Below are positions 18,053 to 39,289 of a stretch of DNA of 64,000 bases, piece by piece. This DNA comes from Paragordius varius. Its lineage: Eukaryota; Animalia; Nematomorpha. The stretch spans positions 10,292,001-10,356,000 of the forward strand of contig OZ176050.1 in NCBI GenBank assembly GCA_964247055.1. The letters run 5' to 3'. The position numbers were made by a program, and so were the translations under genes. Below the pieces are notes generated by a model. That model worked only from the letters and a program-made list of their open reading frames with translations. It searched no databases and had not been told where the DNA came from. Every line of letters begins with the position of its first letter. The stretch's first letter is position 1.

Positions 18053-18472
18053 ATGTGTATATAAAATACATTGTGTTTGCATTTCCAATAAATTTTGTTA
18101 TATAATACTCTAATCTAATGGATTAATTAAATATTTGTTGTTTCATTTAAGCCGCATTTTTGACCACCAGCTAGCTAGTTTACATTCATCAATTTTTCGG
18201 ACAAAAAAAAGTCATTTTTATCGCATTTTATATGTCGACTTAAATAGTTAGTCAACGATTTAGGCCTAAGCTATCGTAAAAAGTTTAATAAAAATATCTC
18301 AATTTTTATTGAAAATGACTATGTAATTAATGAATTCCAAATACATAATAGCGAGATGCAAAAGCTAAAAAAGTAAATTTGATTGGCAAAACTGATTGTT
18401 CTTTTAGAAAAACATTTTAAATAAATACCCTATACTATGAAGGTGTATATTAAATGACAATATTGTTTAGGC

Positions 18473-18723
18473 CAGTAGTTTCCCAAAGAGGGCCGCGAAA
18501 AATTAGGAGAATTCAAATAAAAATAAAAGTTGATAATCGAAAGATTTCAGGTGCGATATCAAGATTTGTCACCGATAGCGAAAGATATTTTATAAATGCA
18601 GAATAAAGATCTCATTGATTGGCATACTTATAATTATGATATATTTTCTACTTTTATCTCCTATTTTTGAAATTTTATTTTCAATTTGGTAAAGCGTGAA
18701 CAAAAAAAGGTTGGGAACCACTA
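18473..18723. mobile_element. hAT-type MITE (degenerate)
   Basis: Ends CAGTAGTTTCCCAAA and TTGGGAACCACTA resemble the CAGTGGTTCCCAA hAT TIR; the flanking 8-mers GTTTAGGC and GTTCAAGG match only partly. Confidence 0.55.
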
Positions 18724-20429
18724 GTTCAAGGTTTTATCATAATGGAATATATTTATTGTTTTATTTGTCATTAATATTGTTTCGAACATCACTAAACGCG
18801 ATTGATTAATATTTTTGTTAAAATAATTTGAATCATGGTATCAAAGATCTGATGGACCATGAATGAGTATTAATACGCTGTATGACCAGTTATTTTTAAA
18901 CCACTGAAAACCTTGCCCTACAATGTTTATTGTTCTAGTCTATGTAATTATATTAATATATTTAAATTGATATGATCCAAATGCTCTAGGATCCTTGATA
19001 ACAAAAGTTCTCAAGATCCTTCAATAGTTAAAGCCATTTGTTTTTTTAAAAGGCAATCACTTTTTGTTCTTTTTAATTTATTCGCTAAAATCTAATATAA
19101 GAAAACTTCTTATGATCCCATACAATTAATAACCTATTTGATTAGATTCTGACAGCAAATTTTGAGGAATTGTAGAATAACATGTGCTTCGTTTGGTTAT
19201 GAAAAATATCTTAATTTTGGTTGGAATTTTCAAAATGTTTTAAGTTATAGTTTTTTATAATAATTGTTATTTATATTTTAGCCAAAATAATTTTTAGTTT
19301 AGACTAAAATTCTAGAATGCATTCCTCAAATAAAAATTAAAAAATCATCAAGTGTTTATTAACATATCAATGACTTATTCATATATTTGAAAGTTTTGTG
19401 AATTTTGCAAAAATCAAAACTTCGGTGGCAAAAAGTTTCAGGACTGTTATAATTTGTCTTTCAATAAAATCTCGCCCAAATTTGAACAGCTATAAAATAG
19501 TATTAAATTCAGGTAGTCCTCTTAGGTCTCTATTTTAAGCATCTATACTCAACTTCAAATGTTCCGAAATCTTTTTTACATTGTTCTTTTAGAGATTCTT
19601 ATCTTACCCTTCAAAATCAATCCTTTTATCGTCTAACATTGTCATCTTATCGCATGTTCACCACAAATTCTCATATTGATTTTAAATTTAACCTTCCTCC
19701 CAAATCAAATGTTTAACTTAAGTTAATCTCTGATGCTTTGGAATTCGTGTTTCGGATTTTTTGGTACCTAAGAATATGATTTTATAGCAAATCATATGTC
19801 TGAAATGAGTTTTTTTCTTTATAATTATTACATCTTTAAATTATAAATGTGTTATGCATAAGCATATTTAAATGTTTTTTTACTAGTTTAAATTTCATAA
19901 AAATTACAGTTTTATTATATTGTGTAAATATTTTAAAAATGGATACTACTTATGTTTGAACATTTCGAGTTGCAACCGCGTTCGAACACTTGGCATAAAG
20001 GGTCGTAGAATGGATAATTTTATAATATAAATAGGTCTTTGCATAATCACTCTGTAGTATACTACAAAAACAGGTTTTTATGTAATAATGCTATATAATG
20101 GGGTGGACTTTTGACATAATTGCCCATAAACAAGGATAGTAAACAGATCAGATGAATATCGTGGCATCGCTTATACAAGGTTCTCGCCAACATAGCAGCA
20201 TCTTTTTTTAGATTGGATGAGGGCCTCTACTATGATGTGGTTTTAGGAAGAATGAGGGCATTACTGAACTTTTACCGCGTTAACAATTATTATTGAGATA
20301 GCTTATTACATTTCTACAAATCAATTTCATTCCAAATTTGAACGTTTAATATAATGATAGAGGAAAATTAGTGTCGGCGATAGAATCCCCAAGACCTTAG
20401 TAAGGATGAAAATTTCCTGATGTTATATC

Positions 20430-20985
20430 GAAAGCAAATTGCAGAGTACCGTTAGTAGGTAGGTAGGGATTATAGGTCGAGTTCCACCTATTGGAAATTA
20501 AAATGACTAGTTCCATCCACTTATCTCTTTCCCATCGTATTTCCTTTAAATCACTTATATATCTACCAGATTTCTTTTTCCGGTATCCAGCCATCTTAAC
20601 ATCAGTCTTCCATTTTCCCTTCAATCCCAAAAAATCAATTCCTTCTCAAGAGATGTACTTCCTAAGATGTGCCCAATGTACGAGAACTTTCTTATTATTA
20701 TAGCTCCCATTAAGTTACTCTCAATATTGAATTTTTCTCGTTGTTTTATTCTTAGCCCTGGGAATATTATATTTAACATTCTCGTACAACACCATATTTC
20801 GAATGCTGCATTTCTTTTTCATTAATCAGTTTAAATGTCCAAATTACCACAGCATAATTTGCGAACGAAAAAAACCATGCATATTACCACTTTAGTTTTC
20901 ATAGAGATATCTTTACTTTTCCATAATTTAGTCAACTTGTTTGCAGTTAAGCAACCAAATCCATTAATCACACCCGTGAAAAGCA
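20430..20985 (-). mobile_element. Decayed RTE-clade non-LTR retrotransposon, post-RT region
   Basis: Minus-strand frames joined across frameshifts read NKLTKLWKSKDISMKTK...YAVVIWT...AFEIWCCTRMLNI...RKFSYIGHILG..SLEKELI, matching the RTE thumb/C-terminal pattern (KIWKS..IS..TK, YG.E.W, FEMWC.RRML, K..Y.GHI). Confidence 0.75.
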
Positions 20986-21029
20986 ATGTTCTCTAAATCC
21001 GAAATTACTCAAAGCAAACAACGTTGTTA

Positions 21030-21256
21030 TCTTACATAAGATGATGGATGAAAATTCACAGGCCGTTGATATATGCATATTTACAGATTCACGAGCAGAT
21101 ATAGTAGGAATACTGCAACAGCTATCAAAACATCTTGGTCATCATGGGCTGAAGATTAAAAAAACAAAGCTCATGATGGTTGGTGATGAATGCCCTAGTC
21201 TAACTATAACAAGGCAATGTGATATAATCGGTCAGCAGCGTCTCATACCGTGTTGA
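21030..21256 (+). mobile_element. Decayed non-LTR RT fragment (domain 6-7 region), inverted relative to the adjacent RTE piece
   Basis: VDICIFTDSRADIVGILQQLSKHLGHHGLKIKKTKLMMVG resembles ADD..L.A.S...LQ..L..L......GL.IN..KTK.M. Confidence 0.55.
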
Positions 21257-22022
21257 AGTCGCCTATAATTTTCACTAATCCGTAGGAAAATAAACTAGAA
21301 GTTTATAGTTTTTTATAAAGTTGACCTAGCTTTATTTAAATGGCGTTGCACTAAGAACAAAGGTCAGAATTAAAAATGTTATAAGGTTGCGGTTATTATC
21401 TATGGTGTCCACACCTTTGAGGGGCCTCAATATCTAACTCATTGATTGTGACATAAGAGGAGTTTGATTGAAAGACAAAAAACATTCTGAAAATCGTAGT
21501 ACAGTATGTTCCATACGCGCATAAATCAAAAAGAGGTTTAGAGTATCCATTCGAAAATAAGTGAAAAGAAACGAGGGAAGAAACAGAATTCAGAAAGAGG
21601 CGCCCCATATTCTCCAAACAGTGAGCGACAGGATATTATTTTAAACACGTTAAGACTGTCTGGCAGGGTTTAACATTAAATTTTATACCGAACTGTAGAT
21701 TAGTTCCTAAAATTTTTTAATAAATTTACTATATGTAATTGGTATATTTTTAATGTTCTTACACGCTTGTTATGCCGCCTTCCATTTGTTATAGATTGCG
21801 AGGGACGCTATGTGCGGGCACCTGCGATGGTAATTGGCTGGACCCCTCACTTGATAATATGCAGTGCTTTTGTTTTTTATAATTGATATTAGTTTAATAT
21901 TTGATAGTATCACGGATAAATTTTAGCTAGATGTATATATCTGAAAATATTAAATTTACAAATATTTTGTTAACATCAGATGCCAATGAGGTTATGCTAA
22001 ATTTGCATCACTCTACCACGCA

Positions 22023-29759
<7,737 letters not shown>

Positions 29760-30404
29760 AACTACACAATTTATTCACATCGATTTGTAGTTTGTTTTTT
29801 CTTTAACTCATTCCACCAATGTATAAATGTTAGACAATTTTTATCAATCAAACCAAATTTTGTATATTTTGTGATGCAATATATATTAGACGGGGATAAA
29901 ACCCTAACAATTATTATGCTTACTATTTTTATCAATTTTATTAGCTAATGTATTTATATCTAAAAATACTATTTTGCACATATATTTTTTGATGCACAAA
30001 GTATAATGTTTTATATGCCAATGTATGCACAAATTGTATAATTTAAATAAATTAACATTACCTATTATATTTTGAATACCGTATGCTAAATTCAGATTTT
30101 GAGTGGATGGATGTTGCATAAACATTGATTCCACTTTGGAATTATATTTATATTTACCCCTTTTATCTTTTTATGTCAAAAAAGATATATAAATTTGTAT
30201 GCACATAGGTAAAGTTGAATATCGATATTTTTTCCATGAAAACAGATTTAATACGTTTAACTTTTGGTGATTAGTCTGATCTAATAAATGGAAAAAATAT
30301 CCTTATAGGTATAAAATGTTATTTTTACTTTCATGTAACCATATTCAAAAACAATGTAATTAGCATGTGTGCCGTTATATTTGGTAAAAGCAAAAGGCTT
30401 ACAC

Positions 30405-30676
30405 CAGCGATGTCCAACACAAATGGCTTCGTTGGCCGTATTTTTAACTCAAAAAATCTGTCTGGCCGCATTCAAAATAAATATGGACATTCATAAATAT
30501 TTTATCAGAATTAAACATAAGGCTTAAAATGCATACATAATACGACGATTTTTTCTAGTTCGTTGCTAACATTTATAAAATTCATTTGAGAAAAATCAAT
30601 TTAATGAGACTTTTTGATCAACTTCTTGCAAATTGTGAAATCCCAAAATTTTCGAGCCGCATCTTGGACACCCCCG
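30405..30676. mobile_element. hAT-type MITE (degenerate)
   Basis: Ends CAGCGATGTCCAACAC and TTGGACACCCCCG; related single ends GGGGTGTCCAACAC occur at ~3373 and ~50635. No clear TSD. Confidence 0.55.
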
Positions 30677-32125
30677 CTTTAAATCAAATATTTTACTGAT
30701 ATATAAACACTGGGCATAATATCGGGCTATAAAAAATTTGATAATATACATAATCTGATAGATAAATGTATGATTGTCCTGGTAGTTTTGGTTTAGGGCT
30801 TATAAGGATATGTAAAAAGGTTGTTACCATTTTTGTGCTAACCGCTCCATTTTAAAATATGGCAGAATTTGCCAGATTTGGATAAATAAAATTTTTTAGT
30901 GAAAGATAAATGTTTCAATGCAAAAAATATCATCAGTGTATATCAATTAAAAACAATTCAAAATGAAACCAAAATCTATAAATTTTATTTTTAGATGTGG
31001 GCCTAGTACCAAATTTTTGGACCACTGGCATGTTTGCTTAAATTAAACGCAAAATGCCGATAAAATATATATATAATATTATATCAAGTTTCCCCATAAA
31101 CTATACTTTTAGACGAAAGTCTGAGGTAAGAAAAGTTAAGCATTTCCCAATTAGAAAAGGTATTTTTATAATAACCTAAGGCATTAGTACTCAAAAATTT
31201 TTTTGGCCATACCGATAAATTTTCATAGTTGTTTTACGCGTTTGCGGTTATTTATACTCCAAATAAGTTAATAAACAATTTAGTAAATAATTCAGTGCTA
31301 TAAAAAAGCACTTTAGGATCCACATGCGGTCTATTGATCCCCAAAGTATTTTAATACCGTTTCCATCATGCCCTAAAAATACCATAAAATTTGTTTCACC
31401 ATTTACAAAAAAATATTTTAAGCATAATATACAACTTTTCGGGAAAAACATTTTTTGATGTCAAAATTTAGCATATATTTAAATTTTATCGCGCAATATA
31501 ATCATTTTTGTGTTATTTTAAGCCTGCCCAAGAAAAACCAAAAAATTGAAACTTTCGTAACCCATAAAAATATTTTTTATTTTTTTTATAAAGCGCTTTT
31601 TATAATTTATTGATAATAATGTAAAGCATTTATTTCACCAAAATTTATTCAGAAAAATATGCGCCAATTTTGTCACTTTCTGATATGGAGCAGGTAGCAA
31701 AAATAATGATATTACATAATACCTGTGAGGCCAAAAAACCGATGAGAATTTCTACATTTATGTGCCAGTTTTTTGTGTGCACTGTGTACTCGGATTTTTA
31801 TAGAAAAAATTTTTTAATAAGCAGATTGATATTTTTAAAAACGGCCTTTATAACTATGCAATAATTTATATGTTTATTAATTTTTAAAGTCTAAATATTA
31901 TTTCCGTAATTTTATCTGTTAAGAGTTTTATTAAAAATAGCAATCATAAAAAATTACTTAAGATATATCTATCCAAAAAAATTTATTTTATACCTTGGAT
32001 AAGAACGGGTCGTAAATATGAAAATACAAATTAAATTTTCACACATGTCAATTGTTTATTGCATTCATATTGAAACGCCGCCATAGAAATGCCCAAACAT
32101 GTATTTCTGTTTATTTAAATTTTAG

Positions 32126-35100
32126 CGTTCGCCATCAACAAACGGTTATAGAGGACGCGGTAAAAGATCCTATAGTCGAAGCTATTCTGGATCACGCTCT
32201 CCATCTGGCTCATATTCCCGTTCCCCTTCACGATCTCGCAGCCGTACCAGGTTCATAATCTTTATATAATTTTTAGAAGTCCGTATCGTAGAAGAAGATC
32301 TTACTCAAGATCCAGATCTCCCGTTTTATCACGAGGTGGTCGACGCTACCCGGTATTTTTTTATTTAATCTATTTTTATTACGGATATGAACTGGAACAA
32401 CGGTCAATTTTTAAATTATTATGTTTATCTTTTATTGTAAAATGCAATTACCATACAGTTAAATTTTTTTAGTTACTTTCATATAATATACCCTAAATTT
32501 TTTTTGATAGTTCTTGACTGTTATTTTGATTAAATATATCGATAAACCAAACTAAAAAGTTGACTTGCCGGATTTGAAACGGTTTGTCACTTTTTCAATT
32601 TTTATGTAGTTTTTTAAACGAAAATATATTTATAGGAATCAATAGCTCCATGCAAATGCTTAGGTGTGTTTGGCCTAAGCTTGTACACTCGTGAACGCGA
32701 TCTGCGTGACATATTTAGCGAGCTGGGTGTCGTTGAAGATGTTGTCATAGTTTATGATCATGCGGTAATTTTTGAACACTATTAAATTCGTTCTAAGATA
32801 TTCGTATTACCTTTTTTGGGATAAATTAAACATTTAAATTAATTTTTATATATTAATTTTTCAATATTATTAAAATAATAAAAAATTATGTTCTTATTAA
32901 CTAGAACAAATTGGAGAAGTAAATGATGAAGGAGGAGGGGTCATTATAAATATTGCCTATTTATCTTTATTATATACATATATAATTATATTTATATTAA
33001 AATAGTCAAGAAGATCTCGTGGTTTTGGATTTGTTTATTTTAAATCAGTCGAAGATGCAGCTCACGTAAGTTAAAATTTTTGTTGCAAACATTTTTAACA
33101 TTTTTTTAGTTTTTTAACCCGTATTTTGAAATCAAATATACAATTCCATTATGCCAATAATTTTTGGTATTACAATTTTTAAGCTGATTCATAATGTTAT
33201 TTAATTTATTTTTTTTTATTTTCATTTTCTTGTTTTCAGACACCCTTATTAAGTTAGTTTATTAAACTTAAAGCATTTTTAGAGAATTTAACAATAATAT
33301 TATTTCAACAGTTGGGCATATAGTAAAACTTGCTTTTAGAGAAATTGCATTCACACTAGAGAATTCTATACTTTAACATCATTTTCTTTTACTTTTAATT
33401 TGTTACTACCTTTTATTACCTTTACTTTAAGATTTTTAAAAGTTTTTTATATAACCTGTTTACGTTTTCAACAGGCCAAAGAAAAAGCACAAGGAATGGA
33501 AATTGATGGGAGACGAATTCGAGTAGATTTTTCTGTAACACAACGTGCACATACCCCAACACCAGGCATTTATATGGGGAAACCGAGGTACATACAAATT
33601 TTAATTACACGAAATAGGGTTGGATTTTTGACTAATTTTAAACATAACTACTAATTTTGTAGATAAAATATTAATCTTTTACGGGTATTACTCGATGAAT
33701 ACCGCAAAATAATACAGGGAAGGGTTTAACTAATATAAATAAATATTATGTAACAGAAAATTAATTAAACTCAAACAGGCTAATGTAAAATATATATCAA
33801 AATAACTGTTAACCAAAATTATCGTTATATCATAACAATCTTATAAAGTTATAAACATTATTTGGTTACTACCAGATAGAAGAATTTTAAAAAACGGAAC
33901 TTTAAAGTTTAAATTGCGTGTTTCGTGGAGACTTGCAAATTGGTCACACAATTATTTTTTATTTGAGCTGTAATCATAAAGGTTATCTGAAAGAATATAT
34001 CAAAAATATGGTTTCCCTTATTATAGGTCGCTTTTATCCATTAACTTTTAGATTACAATGAAAATAAAGCAAAATTTATAAAATACAATCAAAAGAATTC
34101 AAAAGATTTATAGTTTTTTTGTTATTTTAATTTTCATATAATGCAATGTTTTAGTGGCTCTGAATATGGGCGAAGAAGGACTCCATCTCCATTTTACAAG
34201 GGCGGTGGCAGGCGTGGCGGAGGATATAGCCGAAGTCGATCTCGCTCTTATTCACCCCCTCCAAGTATTTATTACTGTTTAGTTTTGCTCAATAAGATTA
34301 TTCTGTAAAAAATATATCAAAATTTTTTAAATAATGGTTTCTAAGCAAAGTTTTTTAAGTTAGAGTTAATGATGGGCTTTTTATATAAAGTTGAGAATCA
34401 TACACCATATAATTGATATAAATTCAAAGCAAAAGCAAGCCTCTGTTAAATAAAATATTTGGGTATATAATATGTGGGGAGCGCTTAAATTTTTTAAAAA
34501 CGAAAAATGTATTAGTTTTGATTATATATATATTTATTTATTTGAGATTTTGTAAGACATGTTTACAATATCCTAGAAGATATGGCTATATCAAATATAT
34601 AAACGGATCACTAAACTTTTATAATAAAATTCTTCCAAATTAAGCGAATATATCGATGCTAAATTTTATTTAAAATGCAGAAAAATTATTAATATAATAT
34701 TATAATTTACAATACTTAGTTAATTTATAAAAATAATTTGTTACTTTTAATATACAAAATTTTATTTTAAATTTTTAGGCCTGCATGCACGACAATAAGA
34801 AAAATTTCAGGAACATTTTTATCTCCTTATAAAAATATGTCTTATTGATAATTATAAAGGTTTAAGGCGTGTTAAAAAATTAATTTTAAAAAGTTATCCG
34901 AATACTGATATTTTGCTTTTTGGTGGATTTTGGCTTTGGTCATTTTTTCATATATGGCCTCAATTTTTAGATTGAAAGCCCATCATTGATTCTACTAAAT
35001 GATCTTTTAATACGTAGAAAATAATTTTGATGCGTGCTTTTTTATCACAATTAGGGTAGTTTTTATCTTTTTATACCTTTCATTTGAAATATTTTTTGTT

Positions 35101-35482
35101 AAATAATTTTTTAATCTATTATTTTATTTGTAATTTTTTTTATTAAAAAACATATAAAAGAAAATTGAAAACTTTTTCGGTTGTGAAGAAAGAAAAGAAA
35201 ATCATGCATTTCTGTTCTGTTTTCGATAACCGAAGACATTAGAATATGAAAAGTGAAAACGGTTTATATGAGAGAAATATCATTACTTTGAATATGAAAA
35301 CAGACTGAAAAATGAAAATCAATATGAAAATTTTGCACTGATCTGAAGTTTATGTGTGTACATAATATGAATTTTACATATTAAATTAGTTTTACCTTAT
35401 TCCATAGTATTTTTTAGTTTTGCTTATAATTCAAGCTTTCATTTACTATTTGTTATATTTTTTAGGAGGTGGCCGATATTAA
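32126..35482 (+). CDS. TRA2: Transformer-2 homolog (RS-RRM-RS splicing factor); start exon not securely located
   Basis: RS-rich exons 32126-32250 and 32277-32352. [29 protein letters not shown]...|[12 protein letters not shown]...|[37 protein letters not shown], the TRA2 linker signature. Second RS exon 34155-34264, last exon 35466-35482 (RGGRY*). A candidate start ATGGAGCAG|GTAGC at ~31685 is unverified. Confidence 0.95.
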
Positions 35483-36485
35483 GAATTCACAGACATGATC
35501 TACAAACATGCAAATTATTTTCTCCACTTTACATAACAATTGTAAATTTAACATTAGTTTTGTGATTTATCCTTGCATATAAATATTCCAAACATCAAAT
35601 AAATAGCTATTTCTTTTGATTATATTGCAATATCGCTTTAAAATTGACCGTTTTAAATTTGTCATTTTTTGATATAGAGCAGCTACCACAAAAGTGTAAA
35701 TAACTTTCTTATAATCGACTTGGTAAGCTCCAAAAGCACCATGAAAATCCTGACAATCAAACATTTTGACATTTAGTGCGAAATGAACCTTTGTGGCGTT
35801 TTGGCAGATATTTTTTAACTGGAATAAATATGATTTCACCCTTTTTTCTTCTTTTACTTATAATTATATATAAACATATGATCATCTAAAAAAAATATAA
35901 CATTGTTGGTTTAGGATAAAAATTGTTTTTATAAAATGTAAAGGTAAATTTTTATTTTTCGCAAAATTAGAAATTCGAATATTATCATAGATTATAATCT
36001 TTAAAAAAACACACTTACGTTGTTTCAAATAAAAAATCATTTTTTTATCTAAGACCTGAAAAAGTAAACATAATCCAAAGATATAAACCGTTACACAAAA
36101 AAGGTTTGACTGTATTCTATGCTCTAACCATTCTATAAATGAAGATTTCATCATGCGATATAAAATAAAAAATAATGTGAAACATTTGACATATGCATTT
36201 GATCAAACATCAACAAAATTAACAAGAAATTTATTAATGAATTTTCGTTAGAATAATCTAACTCAATGGTTAAAGGGGGACGCCCGCCAAGGGGGTCGTT
36301 AAAAATCTAGTGTGGGCAAAAATTTTGAAAATCCACCTTAAATTTATGTTAATAGACATAGTCTTTACTATCATTAGTTAATTGGTTTATTAATATGAAT
36401 TAATTTAAATTTTAGCATATAAAGTTTCAGTATTAACAATAATCATTGCATTGTTAGTAGCTAATTATTTTTTCTTTTAACTAAT

Positions 36486-38062
36486 TCATAATAAATATAA
36501 TAATATAAAAATGGAAAATGCTGGCTTTGATCTGTTTCCGGCAAAGATGTTTTTTACTTATTTTCGATTGCGCCGAAATCGGCTCGCTTTTTTAATATAG
36601 GCCCTATTTTTGCCCGCTCCCCCCGTAAAATGCCATTTTTTTCAAAAAATTAAGTCCAAAAAAATATTTTTTTTAATCAATTTTTCGCCCAAGGTATGAG
36701 CAGAAATTGTATAAGGATAACAGGTATTCACTGTTAAAAGGCAAAAACTTTAGTCGTGCGTTTCTTTTGTATTGGCTGCCGGGTAAGGAGCTGCCCGCTA
36801 AAAACTGATCCGTCATTCGAAATAGCGTGCCTTTGGGGCTAAATTTTAGAAAACCTATCAGGCCATATGAGTTCAAAAGCTGCTTTAAATATTACCCGTA
36901 AAAAGGCAAAATTTTAAGTCTAGCGGTTTTTTATGATTAGCTGTTAATTAGGTCCTTCACGCCCTGAAAAATGCGCCACCATAGAATGATATTTTAATTT
37001 TGAGGCAATTTTTCCAAAAACTAATGTGAGCATATGGAATCAATCAGGATTCCAGGTATCACCCTATAAAGGCAAAATTTTTTACGAACGTCTTTTTTAT
37101 ATTGGCCTCTGGGTAGGGGGTTACCCGCCAACAACTGCGCCACCATATCGATACAGCGTGACTGGGGGCATATTTTAGAAAACTTATCAGGCCATATAAG
37201 TTCAATAAGGGCTTGAAATATTATCCGTAAAAAGACAAAAATTTAAGTAGAGTTTATTAAATTGCCACTTAATTAGGCCCTTGCCCTGAAAAAAGCGTCA
37301 CCATAGAATTTTTGGTTTTGAGGCAATTTTTCTAATATCTCATGAGAGCATATCAAATCAATCATGATTCCAGGTATCTCCGTATTTAGGAAAAAAACTT
37401 AATCGAGCCCCTTTTTGTATCAGCTTCTGGGTAGGGAGCTACCCGCGTATAACTGCGTCATCATATCGATAAAGCATGCCTTTGGAGCCAAATTTCAGAA
37501 AACCTATGCGACTAATAAGCACATATGAATCCATAGTAATTCCAAATATCCCCATATAAAGGCAAAAATTTTGCCCAACGCTTTTTTATACCTGCCCCTG
37601 GGTAAGGAGCTACCCGCCAAAAACTGCGCCACTATATAGAAATTGCGTTGTTTTGGAGCTAATTTCCAAAGCCTAAGAAGCCATAAGAGTTGAGTTAAAC
37701 ACATTTCTGGGGAATTTGTATAATATCATTCTTTCCTTTAAAAGGAACCACAAATGATTCACTTTTTATATCCCTTGATCCCAGCTGTGTGAACACAATT
37801 TTAAATAAAACTTTTGACCATGATTTCGTAAAACGAAAATCTTAAAATAAATCCAATGATAGTTGAATAACTTTAATAAGGGACAGTTTAAATATGGTCA
37901 ATTTCGAGTAAATAATATTTGAGTCTCTGCAAAAACCTGTAAAAGAATAATTAAAGACATTCTTTTTATTAAATGTTTTTTATTATTTTTTTATCTCCAT
38001 TACCTCTATTCATTGCAAATTATTAATAATACGTCACAGCGAAGAGTGACAGGGCCAGCTAG
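36486..38062 (+). mobile_element. Non-autonomous Helitron, family A (degenerate 5' end, ~320-bp diverged internal subrepeats)
   Basis: 3' end GTCACAGCGAAGAGTGAC hairpin followed by AGGGCCAGCTAG|T. The 5' region ATAAAAATGGAAAATGCTGGCTTTGATCTG matches the 5' end of the other copies. A reverse-complement homolog lies at 54145-56146. Confidence 0.75.
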
Positions 38063-38879
38063 TAAAATATAAAATTTATTTGATTAAGTTGATCAGTTGT
38101 TTCAACTTTTTTGTTCACGCCCCATCAAATTTTAAAAAAATTGTTGCGCTCCTGGGCCACTTCTCTCAAAAAAGAACAGAGAATAAAATTTATTATAAAC
38201 ATTTTTATTTTTTTTAGGTTTTAAACAAAAAAAAAATAAAAAATTAAGTTATAAATCCACATTATTTTATTTAGTTTTTTAGCTATGAAAAATATATAAT
38301 CATGTTTGTATGGAGTGCATTGTCTACTTATTGGGAGACTGTAATTTTGAATGAATGAAAAGCGGCCTTTTAGCATCCGAATTTTGGGAGTCAAGCGCCA
38401 GAGAACGTATAAAGCAAAATCATGAATAACTTAAAAAATATTGGATAAAATATTCCTCTTTTTTTATCATTATATACTATAGTCCCTCGTGATGTTTAAA
38501 TACACAGAGCCTGTAAACTAATTAGCTCATGCTGATCATCATGCACTTCTCCGATTTTTAAATAAGGTCGGTTTCAAATTATAATTGTTAATATTTTATT
38601 GAATTTTTCCAAAAATCCATAGATTATTAATTATATGAATTTGTATAGAGATGCGGATAATCACACATGTTTTTCCCCACAATCCAAAGTCGGGCCGGGG
38701 TCCTTTGGAATTCGGTCCATTTTATTATTTAGCGCACTTCCTTATATGGAACCCCGCTCTCAATTATAAAACCAAAATAAAACTCAAACGATATATTTTT
38801 TTTCGCATTGTTAGAAAAAATATTCAATTTAAACGCTGTATACTCGATATATATATATGTATTTTTATATGTTTCAATT

Positions 38880-39091
38880 ATTACAGTCATGTATGTTTAG
38901 AATTGTCAAAAATACGTTTTTAATTGATTTTACTTTGTTTTTAATTGTTACGATGTTTGATATGTCAACTTTCAACATGCGCATTTTTAAGCCTTAACAT
39001 AATAATAGCCTATTTATTGTAAACAATTAAAAACAAAGTAAAATCAATCAAAAACGTGTGTTTGACAATTCTAAACATACATGACTGTAAT
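38880..39091. repeat. Near-perfect ~70-bp inverted repeat with ~72-bp spacer
   Basis: ATTACAGTCATGTATGTTTAGAATTGTCAAA...TTTAATTGTT (38880-38949) is the reverse complement of 39022-39091 with a few mismatches. Confidence 0.85.
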
Positions 39092-39289
39092 TACGGCATA
39101 ATCACATTTTTTAGCATGAAATTATAGCCAAAGTCGGATTTTTTGGCTTTGGTTTATATAAGTCTTTTAAGGACCTTCTGAAAAATTAAAAAAAATTTGC
39201 TTTTATAATCGTTATGCCCATTGGCATAGAAAAATAACGCGTTTTTCACTTTAGACATATAATAATTGTTTTTCTCGTTTAACCGCAGC

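Noticed and set aside
21396-21617. 73-aa minus-strand ORF and other short AT-rich ORFs (e.g. 12642, 13094, 13728, 29904, 31248, 35567, 35882, 41585)
   Set aside because: No recognisable motifs, F/I/K/L-biased composition typical of chance ORFs in AT-rich DNA, and no convincing splice context.
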